Notes: generated by a model not told the origin, from the sequence alone. Shown: positions 9,742 through 19,839, counted from the first letter of the stretch. The stretch: 64,000 bases of DNA from Candidatus Dadabacteria bacterium (GCA_009837205.1 VXTZ01000022.1:70560-134559), one strand, 5' to 3'. Translations and numbers: made by a program.

Positions 9742-10386
9742 ATGGCTTCTAAGTTGCCCTATATGGTGTCAGTAGGATTGATTCCGAAGATACTAGAAAA
9801 AGTTCAAAATGCAAAGCGCCCTGAAAGGTTTACTCAAGATTTTCTGGAGACGAAACTCGGACACAGTGGGGGTAGTGCACGACCTATTATTCCGTTACTA
9901 AAACGTATGGGGCTTCTCGGTGCAGACGGAGTTCCAACGGTTCTATACGACCAATTTCGTAATCCTGAGACCCAAGGCTTCGCCGTTGCCAAAGGGATAA
10001 AGAATGCATTTACCGAACTTTTTGACCGGAATGAATATGTCTACGAATTGTCTCGTGAAAAGTTGACAGGACAGGTAATCGAGATCACAGGTGGAACAAA
10101 GGAAGACAGTCGCACCAGAGCCATTGTTGGCACCTTTTTGGCGCTGAAAGAGTTAGCGGACTTCGAGGCGGAGGATCCCCAAAATCTAGTCTCTGAACAA
10201 AAATCGGAAGCAACTTCTTTGGCACAGCCTTCGAGTGACGCTGAAAATGTATCTCCGATTACCGATAAAGACAACATTGAGTTGAGAGTAGGATACACAA
10301 TCAATCTCAACCTCCCAGAGACCAAAGATCCCGAGGTCTTCAATGCTATTTTCAGAGCTCTTAGGGAGAATCTATTGAAAAACTGA
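9742..10386 (+). CDS. Hypothetical protein, 214 aa, first gene of a coupled two-gene module
   Basis: Good RBS (GAGGAAG, 7 nt, ATG); the track merges it with the trpG' fragment as a 333-aa ORF; it has an acidic Ser/Glu-rich linker and a conserved-looking C-terminal segment; no family recognised. Confidence 0.55.
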   Translation: MASKLPYMVSVGLIPKILEKVQNAKRPERFTQDFLETKLGHSGGSARPIIPLLKRMGLLGADGVPTVLYDQFRNPETQGFAVAKGIKNAFTELFDRNEYVYELSREKLTGQVIEITGGTKEDSRTRAIVGTFLALKELADFEAEDPQNLVSEQKSEATSLAQPSSDAENVSPITDKDNIELRVGYTINLNLPETKDPEVFNAIFRALRENLLKN

Positions 10387-10967
10387 TGCGCGCAGAAGAA
10401 GCAATCAAATTATTTGGGTTAAACAACCTAACTATCGAGTCGGATATTCGACAGATAGAAAGGGAGTATGATATTGATCTTGGCCACAAGAAAGACCAAG
10501 AACAAAGCATAGATCAGACTTATTACCCTCAGTTCACTGAACGGCTTCGAACCGAGGCATCTCGTATGTCAACGAATTATGCAATCTTTTACTGTCTTGA
10601 GAATAGTATACGAGAAGTGATTGTCCAGCGTCTTGAGGAAGAGCACGGTACCAACTGGTGGAGTACTGCTGTACCGGAAATCGTTCGTAAGAACGCTGAG
10701 CGAAACCGAAAGAAAGAACTATCATCGGGAGTCACCCCCCGATCAGTAGAGCTAATAGATTTCACAACCTTTGGGGAGCTAGGCGAAATCATTAAGGCTA
10801 ATTGGGATATCTTCGGTGATATGTTTTGCGATGTTCAGGCAGTCGAAAGGGTCCTAGCGACGCTTAATACATTGCGTGCGCCGATAGCACACTGCAAAGC
10901 ACTCGCGGAGGACGAAGAATTGCGACTACATCTAAGTCTACGCGACTGGTTCCGGCAGATGGAATAA
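10386..10967 (+). CDS. HEPN-like alpha-helical protein (Rx4H motif), second gene of the module
   Basis: The start ATG overlaps the upstream stop (TGATG). The protein is 193 aa, predicted all-helical, with a C-terminal LRAPIAHCKAL motif that fits the Rx4-6H HEPN catalytic signature, resembling Swt1/Abi-type HEPN domains. Confidence 0.55.
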   Translation: MRAEEAIKLFGLNNLTIESDIRQIEREYDIDLGHKKDQEQSIDQTYYPQFTERLRTEASRMSTNYAIFYCLENSIREVIVQRLEEEHGTNWWSTAVPEIVRKNAERNRKKELSSGVTPRSVELIDFTTFGELGEIIKANWDIFGDMFCDVQAVERVLATLNTLRAPIAHCKALAEDEELRLHLSLRDWFRQME

Positions 10968-11381
10968 TATATTGGACATCCGGTTCTATACATTCCCAGC
11001 ACGCAAACTCCAGCGAATTTTATTCTCTAGGCTATTGCCGCATTTGAGTACCATACAGATGAGATAGATACAGCCCACCTGAAAGAAGATTTGTTGAGTA
11101 ATCAGGTTTCTGGTTCCGGAGATTTTCTCTAGAGTAGTCATTTACGGAGAAGCGATCCATCAATCCCGTAGCACGGGTGAATTTGTTTCGTCTTTATAGG
11201 TTATGTGACGTGCTTGAACTCTTCGAAGCAAAGATAAATCGGCGAGAACTGAGCAGATAAACACTCTGCCTAAGCCATTTGCTTTTTTCAGGTAGACTAG
11301 GGCGGTCAGAATAAGCAAGAGCTTGAAACCGTCAAAGGCGGTGATTTATATTCTGAGACTAAAATACGCAAGAGGAGAAAA

Positions 11382-13100
11382 ATGAAACTGCCTTTACGTC
11401 CGAGAGACGAAAAATACATAGGGAAAGGGACTCTTCCAAACGGCCCCTTAGACGATACCGACAAGTGGCTTCCGATAACCAGATACCTTGAAGCTGGGGC
11501 TGAGTCATACCCAGAAAAAACGATGTTCAGCCTCGGGGATTCAGACGGCAACGTGGCTGAAAGCTACAGTTACGGGGAAACCAACGCCTGGGCGAACAGG
11601 GTGGCAAACGGTCTTGTCGGGGAGTTCGGAATAAAAAAAGGGGACAAGGTCGGTATGTACATGCTCAACTGTTCAGAGTACGTCATATCGATTATCGCCG
11701 CGCACAAATCAGGCGCCGTTCAGGTCCCGATAAACAAGGATGAAAAAGGCGACAGGCTGGCTTACGTAATAAACTACTCCGAGATGCGGGTGCTCGTGGT
11801 CGACACCCAGAGCCTTCCCTACATAACTGAAATAGCGGACAAGCTCGAGAATCTCGAGGCGGTTTTTCTTGTCTCGGAGGATGCTCCGGCGGATATAGGG
11901 GGCATAAGAGCGCTTCCTTTTTCCACTTTTGATCAATACTCATCCGAAAACCCGGGAGTCGACGTGACGATTGCCGACAAGGAAAGGTGCATGTTCACTT
12001 CCGGCACCACGGGTATGCCCAAAGGTGTTATCCGCGATCACGGAGGGGTGATCATGACTGTACGCTCCTTCATACAGCAGCAAGGGCTAAGAAGCGAGGA
12101 CGTCTTGATGACGGTTCTTTCCCTAGGACACGCAAACGCCCAGGTGATGTGCCTTTTTGTCTCAATAGCCGTTGGAGGTTCAGCCGTTTTCTTCCCGAGG
12201 TTCTCCGCCTCCAATTTCTGGAAGTGGGCGGCGGGCTGCGGTGCGACCGGGGCGAACATGCTGGGAGCGGTGCCAGAATACATATGGGCTTCTCCGCTGT
12301 CAGAGTGGGATTCAAAGCATGGGATAAGGATGATGCTCTCGGGGCCCGCGCCTAAAAAGCTTCGCGAGTTCGAGGAAAGATTCAACACGAAGATAGTTGA
12401 AGGCTACGGATCTACTGAGATGGGGATGCCGCTCTGGAAGGACCCCGAGGATGAAAACCCGGGTTCATGCGGATTTCCCGTCGAGGGGTACCACCTTGAG
12501 ATAAGAGATCCCCTGAACACAGACGAGATCATAGACAAACTATGGGACGTGGACAAGAATCCCGCTCCCGCCGAGGAGGAAAAAGGACTTCTTTTCATAA
12601 AGCCCCTAGTTCCGCACACTACCCTCGATGAATATTTCAAGGACGAGAGAAGAACGAAAAACGCTTTTGACGACCAGGGATTTTTCAATTCGGATGACCT
12701 GTTTGCCGCGGGAACCGACGGGAGATACTACTTCATGGGCCGCTACAGCAGGATACGCGTGTCGGGAGAGAACGTTGATCCTGTAGCGGTAGCCGATGTC
12801 TCCGAGGAACATCCTTCAGTTCGGGAGGGGGTGGCCGTAGGCATTAGACTGCCCGACATATCGGATGACGAAATCAAACTCAACCTGATACTTAAGGAAG
12901 GGGCGAATTTCGATCCTGTGGAATTCTGCGAGTGGATGGCCGAGAAGGTGATGGTGGCCATGGTTCCAAGGTTCATTGAAGTCTACGAGGAGTTTCCGCT
13001 TACCTCAACCCAGAAAATCGCGGTTTCGGAACTAAAGGGCATATCCGGTTCCACATGGGACAGGCACGAAAGCGGACTCAAGCTAAGGTCAAGGAAGTGA
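11382..13100 (+). CDS. AMP-dependent synthetase/ligase (acyl-CoA synthetase family)
   Basis: FTSGTTGMPKGV adenylate-forming motif, GYGSTE, and a C-terminal Lys region; 572 aa. Confidence 0.85.
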   Translation: MKLPLRPRDEKYIGKGTLPNGPLDDTDKWLPITRYLEAGAESYPEKTMFSLGDSDGNVAESYSYGETNAWANRVANGLVGEFGIKKGDKVGMYMLNCSEYVISIIAAHKSGAVQVPINKDEKGDRLAYVINYSEMRVLVVDTQSLPYITEIADKLENLEAVFLVSEDAPADIGGIRALPFSTFDQYSSENPGVDVTIADKERCMFTSGTTGMPKGVIRDHGGVIMTVRSFIQQQGLRSEDVLMTVLSLGHANAQVMCLFVSIAVGGSAVFFPRFSASNFWKWAAGCGATGANMLGAVPEYIWASPLSEWDSKHGIRMMLSGPAPKKLREFEERFNTKIVEGYGSTEMGMPLWKDPEDENPGSCGFPVEGYHLEIRDPLNTDEIIDKLWDVDKNPAPAEEEKGLLFIKPLVPHTTLDEYFKDERRTKNAFDDQGFFNSDDLFAAGTDGRYYFMGRYSRIRVSGENVDPVAVADVSEEHPSVREGVAVGIRLPDISDDEIKLNLILKEGANFDPVEFCEWMAEKVMVAMVPRFIEVYEEFPLTSTQKIAVSELKGISGSTWDRHESGLKLRSRK

Positions 13101-14051
13101 GCTTGAGATAAAGTAGAGAAACGCTACGTAAATTATAAGCAGAAGAACCCCTTTCTTTTTTCCGACCCTGTTTTTACCAATCTGGGTTTTCCCGATTAGT
13201 AACACGAAAAGAACTGTAAGCAGGATAAGAAATGCGAATTCGGACGCGTATCCGAACATATCCCGGTTTACCTCTATGGGTCGGATAACCGCGACGAGAC
13301 CCAGATACCCGAGATTAAAGAAATTGCTCCCTATTATGTTGCCAACGACTATGTTCTGCTCTTTTCTCCACGCGGCCACGAGCGAAGCGGCAAGTTCCGG
13401 AAGTGAAGTTCCGAAGGCAACTGCCACGACCCCTATGAAAAGTTCGCTTATTCCGAGCTGTTCGGCGATATCTATTGCGCTGCTAACCAAAAGATGGGCG
13501 CTGACAGCCAGAAGCACTGAACCCGAGACTACGTAAAGAAGGATCTTCCACCCGCCGTCATCTGGCGATACGGAAAAAGCCTCGTTTTCTTCTGTGGATT
13601 TTCCGTAGGGGATGACCAAAAGGACGCCGAGCAGGAGAAACAGCAGCACTCCTTCACCTCTTTCGAGAGAGAATTCCGTGAGGCTGAGGCCGAAAGCGGC
13701 AAAAGTCATAAGCCCCATAAAAACAAGCGGAAGCCACTGCTCTTTCCACGCTTCTCTGCTTATCACTATTGGACTTATAAGAACCGTCAGGCCAAAAATA
13801 AGCCCGGTGTTGGCGATATTGCTTCCGACCATGTTTCCGACTGCTATGTCGCTTGAGCCCTCTATGACCGCCACCAAGGAAACCATGAATTCGGGAACGG
13901 ATGTTCCAAACGCAACCACGATAAGTCCCGCAAAAAAGGTGCCCATGCCGGTGAACGCAGCAACCCCGGAGGCGCCTCTAACGAGAAGACGGGCTCCCTT
14001 CCACAGAAGAGCGAAACTCACGGCAAAAATCAGCAGATTCAAAATTCCCAT
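13089..14051 (-). CDS. CaCA-family Na+/Ca2+ exchanger (YrbG-like)
   Basis: Two alpha-repeat motifs, GTSVPE and GTSLPE, in a 10-TM protein; its 3' end overlaps the acyl-CoA synthetase stop by 12 nt. Confidence 0.85.
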   Translation of the reverse strand: MGILNLLIFAVSFALLWKGARLLVRGASGVAAFTGMGTFFAGLIVVAFGTSVPEFMVSLVAVIEGSSDIAVGNMVGSNIANTGLIFGLTVLISPIVISREAWKEQWLPLVFMGLMTFAAFGLSLTEFSLERGEGVLLFLLLGVLLVIPYGKSTEENEAFSVSPDDGGWKILLYVVSGSVLLAVSAHLLVSSAIDIAEQLGISELFIGVVAVAFGTSLPELAASLVAAWRKEQNIVVGNIIGSNFFNLGYLGLVAVIRPIEVNRDMFGYASEFAFLILLTVLFVLLIGKTQIGKNRVGKKKGVLLLIIYVAFLYFISSSLP

Positions 14052-14210
14052 ATATCAGAAGCGGATTTCAGGCCGTATGCGGTCGGCCAGAGATTTTTTT
14101 CAGGAACCGGAAAAAAACGGGGTTTGCAATGAGACACCGATTAACCTATAATAGTCCGGGTGTTTTTTTCATTTCCAAATGTTATAAGACTGTTCAGGAG
14201 GTTACAGTAA

Positions 14211-15932
14211 ATGCAATTATTATTCAAACCGCGCGATGGCGTATATCTGGGAAGCGGAGATCTTCCCTTCGGTAAATTTGAAGACACTTCACTTTGGCAG
14301 CCGATAACCACAAATCTTGAGAAGGGTGCCGAGATGTTTCCCGACAAGGCAATGTTCAAGGTCGGAGACAGAGACGGAAACATCGTGGAGAGCTACACTT
14401 ATGCGGAAACCAACGCGTGGGCCAACAGGGTGGCAAACGGTCTTGCCCAAGGGTTCGGAATAAATAAAGGGGACAAGGTCGGCATGTACATGCTCAATTG
14501 TTCTGAGCACGTGATATCTATTATCGCCATACACAAGTGCGGCGGCGTGCAGGTTCCGGTAAACAAGGACGAGAAGGGGGAAAGACTCGCTTACGTAATC
14601 AACTACTCGGACATGAGAGCCCTCATTATTGACGAGGGGAGCATTCCTTTCATAGAGGAAATCGGCGACAGTCTGGAGCATCTTGAAGCAGTTTTCGTGA
14701 CGGTTGACAATCCACCTGAAAAAATCGGAGGCATAAAGACGCTTCCTTTCTCAGAATTTGACAGTTATGACGATACTAATCCCGGGGTGGACGTTACCAC
14801 TGCAGACATGGAGAGATGTATGTTTACGTCCGGTACCACGGGGATGCCAAAAGGGGTTGCCAGAGACCACGGAGGAGTGATCATGACGGTCCGTTCTTAT
14901 CTGCAGCAGCAGGGAATAAGGAACGACGACGTGCTCATGAGCATACTTTCACTCGGTCACGCCAACGCGCAGGTAATGTGCCTTTTCAGCGCCATGGCGT
15001 CCGGTGGGACTGCCGTGTTTTTCCCCAGATTCTCGGCTTCCAATTTCTGGAAATGGGCGGCCGGGTGCGGCGCGACATGCGTTAACATGCTGGGAGCGGT
15101 AGCCGAGTACCTCTGGGCCGCGCCTGAGAGCGAGTGGGATCAGAAGCACAACATAAGGATAATGCTGGGCTCCCCGGCTCCGAGGAACTTGAAGGAATTC
15201 CAGGAGAGGTTCGGAGTCAGGGTAATAGACGGATACGGTTCGACCGAGATGGGCATGGTTCTCTGGAAAGACCCCGAGGATCACCGCCCGGGTTCATCCG
15301 GTTTCCCCATGGAGGGATATTACGTCGAGCTCAGAAATCCCGAAGACATCGATACGGTGGTAAGACCGTTCTGGGATTCTACCGACGACATTACTCCTCC
15401 CGACGATGCCAAGGGGCTTCTTTTCGTAAAGCCGCTTGTTCCGCATACGACCCTGAATGAATATTTCAAGGATGAGAGAAGAACCAGAGAGGCTTTTGAC
15501 GATGACGGCTTCTTCAATTCGGACGATCTCTTCGCCAGAGGTATCGATGGGAGATACTATTTTGTCGGAAGGTTCAGCCGCATCAGGGTTTCAGGCGAAA
15601 ACGTGGATCCGGTAGCCGTCGGGGACGAGGCGATGCAATATCCCGCGATTCAGGAAGCCATTGCGGTCGGTATAAGGCTCCCGAACGTTTCGGATGACGA
15701 GATCAAGCTCTGCGTTACGCTCAAGGTGGGCGAAGAATTCGATCCGATTGAGTTTTCCAAATGGATGGCCGAAAGGGTTATAGTGGCCATGGTGCCCAGG
15801 TTCATAGAGGTTTACGAGGATGGATTCCCGGTAACCGCGACCCAGAAGGTCAAGGTCGCCGAAATAAAGGAAATCACCGAGAATACCTGGGACAGAAACG
15901 AGACGGGCCTCAAGTTCAGCGCCAGAAAGTAG
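14211..15932 (+). CDS. AMP-dependent synthetase/ligase, close paralog of the 11382 gene
   Basis: About 75-80 percent amino-acid identity with the 11382-13100 product over the full length and the same motifs. Confidence 0.85.
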   Translation: MQLLFKPRDGVYLGSGDLPFGKFEDTSLWQPITTNLEKGAEMFPDKAMFKVGDRDGNIVESYTYAETNAWANRVANGLAQGFGINKGDKVGMYMLNCSEHVISIIAIHKCGGVQVPVNKDEKGERLAYVINYSDMRALIIDEGSIPFIEEIGDSLEHLEAVFVTVDNPPEKIGGIKTLPFSEFDSYDDTNPGVDVTTADMERCMFTSGTTGMPKGVARDHGGVIMTVRSYLQQQGIRNDDVLMSILSLGHANAQVMCLFSAMASGGTAVFFPRFSASNFWKWAAGCGATCVNMLGAVAEYLWAAPESEWDQKHNIRIMLGSPAPRNLKEFQERFGVRVIDGYGSTEMGMVLWKDPEDHRPGSSGFPMEGYYVELRNPEDIDTVVRPFWDSTDDITPPDDAKGLLFVKPLVPHTTLNEYFKDERRTREAFDDDGFFNSDDLFARGIDGRYYFVGRFSRIRVSGENVDPVAVGDEAMQYPAIQEAIAVGIRLPNVSDDEIKLCVTLKVGEEFDPIEFSKWMAERVIVAMVPRFIEVYEDGFPVTATQKVKVAEIKEITENTWDRNETGLKFSARK

Positions 15933-15979
15933 ATCAGATTTTTCTTTTATCCGTGACGGGGCAGTCCGATGAAATCATT

Positions 15980-16417
15980 ATGGCCTTGGCTATCAGGGAG
16001 GCCGAGCGGGCCGCTTCGGCAGGTGAGGTTCCGGTAGGGGCGGTCATAGTTGACGGGGGAGGCACCGTAATTTCAGCCGCCCATAACCTGAGGGAATCAG
16101 CTTCGGACGCTACCGCCCACGCCGAAATTCTGGCTATACGCCGCGCATGCGAAGTTATCGGAAACTGGAGACTTTCCGGCACTTCTATCTACGTTACTCT
16201 TGAGCCCTGCGCCATGTGCATGGGAGCCATAATCAACGCGAGAATAGACAGGGTCGTGTTCGGCGCTCCCGATCCCAAGGGCGGGGCGCTTGTAAGCAAC
16301 TTCGGAATCGGCGCGGGAAGGGAACTCAATCACTGTGTGGAATTCTCGGGGGGAGTCTGCGGCGAGCGGTGCGCGCGCATTCTTGAGGATTTTTTCAGGA
16401 CGCTTCGGGATTCCTGA
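15980..16417 (+). CDS. tadA: tRNA-specific adenosine deaminase
   Basis: CMP/dCMP deaminase zinc motifs HAEILAIR and TLEPCAMC; the track ORF is extended upstream into the preceding gene. Confidence 0.85.
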   Translation: MALAIREAERAASAGEVPVGAVIVDGGGTVISAAHNLRESASDATAHAEILAIRRACEVIGNWRLSGTSIYVTLEPCAMCMGAIINARIDRVVFGAPDPKGGALVSNFGIGAGRELNHCVEFSGGVCGERCARILEDFFRTLRDS

Positions 16418-16419
16418 AC

Positions 16420-17070
16420 TCAGGCCTGAGGGCTGACGACGATTTTTTTCGAGTTGCCCTTGCTTGGAACCGTCTCGTATTTTATGTCCTCTTGCTTCTT
16501 GAGTTCTATGTAGGCCATTTTCCTTTCGTAGGATGAAAGCCGCTCGATTGAGTGAGAATTTCCGCTCTCCTTTACTTTCTGTACGGTCTCCGCGACTTTT
16601 CTCGGCACATCGGTGTCCTTTTTCTTTCCGTCATGCCCGCCGATGTTTATGGCAACCCTTTTGTTTTTCCCCTCGTTGCTGTTTCTTGAAGCTATCTTCC
16701 CCACTATGTACTCAAGGGACTTTATTACTTCCCCGTTTCTCCCTATGAGGAATTTCTTGTCTTTAACGGGCCAAACCTCAAGTATTATCCTGTTTTCAGT
16801 CTCTTCGGCCTTTACGCTCTGCGGGGATGGAAACAGAAAACCCAAGAGGGTCTCAAGAGTTTTTTTCGCCCGAAACGCCTTTTCGCTCAATCCGCCAGTT
16901 TTTATTTCCACCCTCACTATGGCGTTTTTGCTTCCTATGCCCAGAACCCCTTTGGAGTCTTCTCTTATAACTTCGATTTCCACTTCGTCTTTTGAGACTC
17001 CGAGTTCTTCACAGGCGTTCACTACGGCTTCGGAAATTGTTTTTCCTTCCTTTTCTATTACGGTAGCCAT
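16420..17070 (-). CDS. jag: Jag/KhpB RNA-binding protein (KH plus R3H domains)
   Basis: MATVIEKEGKTISEAV... with a C-terminal R3H-like region, immediately downstream of yidC; the track ORF is extended upstream. Confidence 0.8.
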   Translation of the reverse strand: MATVIEKEGKTISEAVVNACEELGVSKDEVEIEVIREDSKGVLGIGSKNAIVRVEIKTGGLSEKAFRAKKTLETLLGFLFPSPQSVKAEETENRIILEVWPVKDKKFLIGRNGEVIKSLEYIVGKIASRNSNEGKNKRVAINIGGHDGKKKDTDVPRKVAETVQKVKESGNSHSIERLSSYERKMAYIELKKQEDIKYETVPSKGNSKKIVVSPQA

Positions 17071-17072
17071 TG

Positions 17073-18740
17073 CTATCCTCCTTCTGGCTCCGGGACCTGT
17101 CGATTGATGTATAGTTGCTGACCGACGGAGAGAATGTTGCTTACGGTCCAGTAAAGTATAAGACCGGAAGGCAGGCCCCAGAACATTACGGTAAAAATTA
17201 TAGGCATAAACTGCATGAGCTTCATCTGCAGTTCCATCGTCTCGCTTCCTGGAGCAGTCATGGGGGTGAGTCTCTGCGAGAGAAACCACGAGACACCCAT
17301 CAAAAGGGGCAGCACCCGAAACGGTATTCCCAGCACGTCAAATAGGTGTTCGGGCTGGGAGAGGTCGTTTACCCAGAGAAACGAGCTGTGTCTTAGATCT
17401 ATCGAATACAGAAGCGCGAAATAAAGAGCTATGAAAACGGGAAGCTGTATGAGCAGGGGAAGACATCCCCCGAGACTGCTGAGCGGGTTTATGTCGTTAC
17501 TTGTGTAAAGCTTCATCATCTCTGCCTGCTGAGTCGATTTGTCGTCCTTGTATTTTTCTTTGAGAGCGTCGATTTCAGGCTTCAGACTCTTCATCTTGTT
17601 CTGTATGGCTTTCATCGACTTCATGCTTTTCACGGTAAGGGGGAAGAATATCACCCTGAGAGCGATCGTAAGCACTATTATGGAGATTCCGAAGTTGCTG
17701 AAAAAGTCGTTGACGAACTTAAGAAGCACGACGGCAATCTTGGTAAGTACTCCTGCGTAGCCGTAGTCAATCGATTTCTCAAGGCTGTACCCGGCTTCCT
17801 TGAGGTCCGGTTCATTTTTCGGACCGAAATACGATTTCCACCCGACTTTGTAGCTTTTCCCCGCAGCTATTTTTTGCTCTGGATAGGAAAAACCCGCCCC
17901 GGCAAGACCTTTTTCATCAAGGGGCTGCAGGTAAACTCCCCGGTCTCCCCCTATTTCCGGCAGAAATGCGCTGAGAAAGTACTTGTCACCGAAACCGAAC
18001 CAGTTTGTCTCTCCATTGTACGCCTTGGTTTCCTTAAGGGGTTTCTTGGTCCGTTTGACCTCGCCGCCGACCATTGAGATAAACTCGTAGAGACTATTTG
18101 AACCGCTCTCGTATACCGTATTTTCCCAGCCGACGTAAACTTTCTGGTTTATCTGTCTCCGCGTTCCGTTAAGAATCTCCAGATTTTCCTTGATAAAGTA
18201 TTTCCCGGGATAAAAGGAGATGGTTTTACGTACCGTAAGTCCATCGGGTTTTCTCCAGACCAGATTGACATCAAGTCCCTCGGGACCCACGACCAGATTC
18301 GTACCTCCCTTGTAGGAAAACGGGATAAGTTCCGGCATTTTTTCGTTTTTGACTCTCAGTATGGTGTCAAACGACTTTTTCTCTTCACCTATTACCGCCA
18401 CAGGCACCGAGTCCGTCTCGACCGTCTTTTTGTATTCCGAAAGATCCCAGCCGACAACTTTTCCTCCGAGGGTGTCTATCTCGGCAACATAAAGGTCGGA
18501 TCTGACTTTTATGATCTTGGAAGCGTAGGAAGATTTTATCGGTTCAAATTCCGTGGGAAGTTCCTGTGGGGAACCCGGTTCTTCGGAAAGATTCCCTGCG
18601 GCGGGCGCCGATGCGGGCCGATCTATTTTTGCGGGCTGTTTTTCCTTGGGGGCTTCTGCAAAAAACGCCGAGTAACCGACGATTACCAGTACCGACAATA
18701 CCAGAAATAAAATGTAGTTTCTCTTGAGGTCGCTGTTCAT
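17073..18740 (-). CDS. yidC: Membrane protein insertase YidC
   Basis: N-terminal TM helix, a large periplasmic domain and the C-terminal 60-kDa inner-membrane insertase core; 555 aa. Confidence 0.9.
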   Translation of the reverse strand: MNSDLKRNYILFLVLSVLVIVGYSAFFAEAPKEKQPAKIDRPASAPAAGNLSEEPGSPQELPTEFEPIKSSYASKIIKVRSDLYVAEIDTLGGKVVGWDLSEYKKTVETDSVPVAVIGEEKKSFDTILRVKNEKMPELIPFSYKGGTNLVVGPEGLDVNLVWRKPDGLTVRKTISFYPGKYFIKENLEILNGTRRQINQKVYVGWENTVYESGSNSLYEFISMVGGEVKRTKKPLKETKAYNGETNWFGFGDKYFLSAFLPEIGGDRGVYLQPLDEKGLAGAGFSYPEQKIAAGKSYKVGWKSYFGPKNEPDLKEAGYSLEKSIDYGYAGVLTKIAVVLLKFVNDFFSNFGISIIVLTIALRVIFFPLTVKSMKSMKAIQNKMKSLKPEIDALKEKYKDDKSTQQAEMMKLYTSNDINPLSSLGGCLPLLIQLPVFIALYFALLYSIDLRHSSFLWVNDLSQPEHLFDVLGIPFRVLPLLMGVSWFLSQRLTPMTAPGSETMELQMKLMQFMPIIFTVMFWGLPSGLILYWTVSNILSVGQQLYINRQVPEPEGG

Positions 18741-18918
18741 GTGTTGTTTCTTAGGGCTTTATTGAGGATGTGGGGCGCTATCGTGATTTCTGCGAGACAC
18801 CTGTGAGACTGCTCCCGTTTTCTGTGCGTAGTTCTAGCATGTAGCAGGAAACCAAAGAGTAAGAATTCATGAAAGCAATGATACACGATAAGTTTTAATA
18901 GGAATAGGGAAGTCTTAT

Positions 18919-19170
18919 TCACCCCTTCGCCCGTTTATCGCTTTTTTTCTTTACGGGGTCATATCCTCCTGCGCTTAACGGATGACATCGCAGTATTCTC
19001 CTGAGAGTCATCCAGATTCCTCTGAAAGCTCCGTGTTCCCGCAGGGCTTCAATTGAATACGCGGAGCAACTGGGGTGGAACCTGCAGGTTTGGGGAAGCA
19101 GGGGAGAAATGGTTCTCTGGTAGGTCCTTACCAGTAAAACAAGGAATCTGACTGCGGGATTTTCTTTCAT
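18919..19170 (-). CDS. yidD: Membrane protein insertion efficiency factor YidD
   Basis: [14 protein letters not shown]...HPL motif; start overlaps the rnpA stop. Confidence 0.85.
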   Translation of the reverse strand: MKENPAVRFLVLLVRTYQRTISPLLPQTCRFHPSCSAYSIEALREHGAFRGIWMTLRRILRCHPLSAGGYDPVKKKSDKRAKG

Positions 19171-19526
19171 TTGATACGGCCTGCGAGTTTTTTTATCTCT
19201 AGGTAAAGTTCAGAGAATTTCTTACCCGATACGTCGTTCTTTATTACGAACACCACGTCGTTTGAGGAAAACACGGGCTTGTTCCTCCTGAAAACTTCCC
19301 TCAGCACCCTTTTCATCCTGTTTCTTCTGACTGCGCTTGCCGACGCTTTTTTGCCCACGGACACCCCTAGGCGGGGAAACCCAAGAGAGTTGGGCTTTGC
19401 GTAGAGTATGAAGTTTTCCGAGTGGGTTTTAGTGCCTTCTGAGAGTGTGTTGCGAAAGTCGCGGGATGTTTTTATCTTGAATTTTGCGGGAAACGAGCTG
19501 TCGGACTCAAACGCTACTTTTTCCAT
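19167..19526 (-). CDS. rnpA: RNase P protein component
   Basis: RLGVSVGKK...RNRMKR RNR motif; the true start is the ATG at 19526 (MEKVAFE...), so the track ORF is over-extended. Confidence 0.8.
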   Translation of the reverse strand: MEKVAFESDSSFPAKFKIKTSRDFRNTLSEGTKTHSENFILYAKPNSLGFPRLGVSVGKKASASAVRRNRMKRVLREVFRRNKPVFSSNDVVFVIKNDVSGKKFSELYLEIKKLAGRIK

Positions 19527-19663
19527 CTCCCAACCGTGAGAACGTATCTTCCCTTGGCAGTCCTTCTCCTCAGTATGCTCCTGCCTCCCCTTGTGCTCAG
19601 CCTGGCGCGGAAGCCGTGTGTTCTGAGCCTCTTTTTTACGTGCGGTTGATAAGTCCTTTTCAT
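19514..19663 (-). CDS. rpmH: 50S ribosomal protein L34
   Basis: Reverse translation gives [31 protein letters not shown]..., 49 aa; missing from the track because it is under 60 aa; its stop overlaps the rnpA start. Confidence 0.85.
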   Translation of the reverse strand: MKRTYQPHVKKRLRTHGFRARLSTRGGRSILRRRTAKGRYVLTVGRWKK

Positions 19664-19839
19664 AGTGGGGGGTCAGAATAACACGTAAGGATTTGAAGGT
19701 CAAGGGAAAACGGGGAACTCAGAAATCCGCGGCGTGCGCATGGCACCAGGGGTTTCGCCGCAGATTGACAATAAACGAGTTCTTGTAAATAATTGATACC
19801 CATTAAATTCAAACAGTTTTTGAGATTCTTCGTCCATAT

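Noticed and set aside
9385-10386. 333-aa track ORF read as a single protein
   Set aside because: Its N-terminal roughly 55 aa are the decayed trpG fragment. The unrelated downstream gene has its own RBS and ATG at 9742, so the long ORF is a fusion artefact of the open frame.
15761-15979. N-terminal extension of the tadA track ORF
   Set aside because: Overlaps the 3' end of the acyl-CoA synthetase in another frame; conserved TadA sequence begins at the ATG at 15980.
18737-18922. 61-aa ORF between yidC and yidD
   Set aside because: No RBS, odd composition, sits in the short spacer of a conserved operon; likely spurious.
19664-19839. oriC/DnaA boxes next to rpmH
   Set aside because: No TTATCCACA-like boxes and no dnaA gene present.
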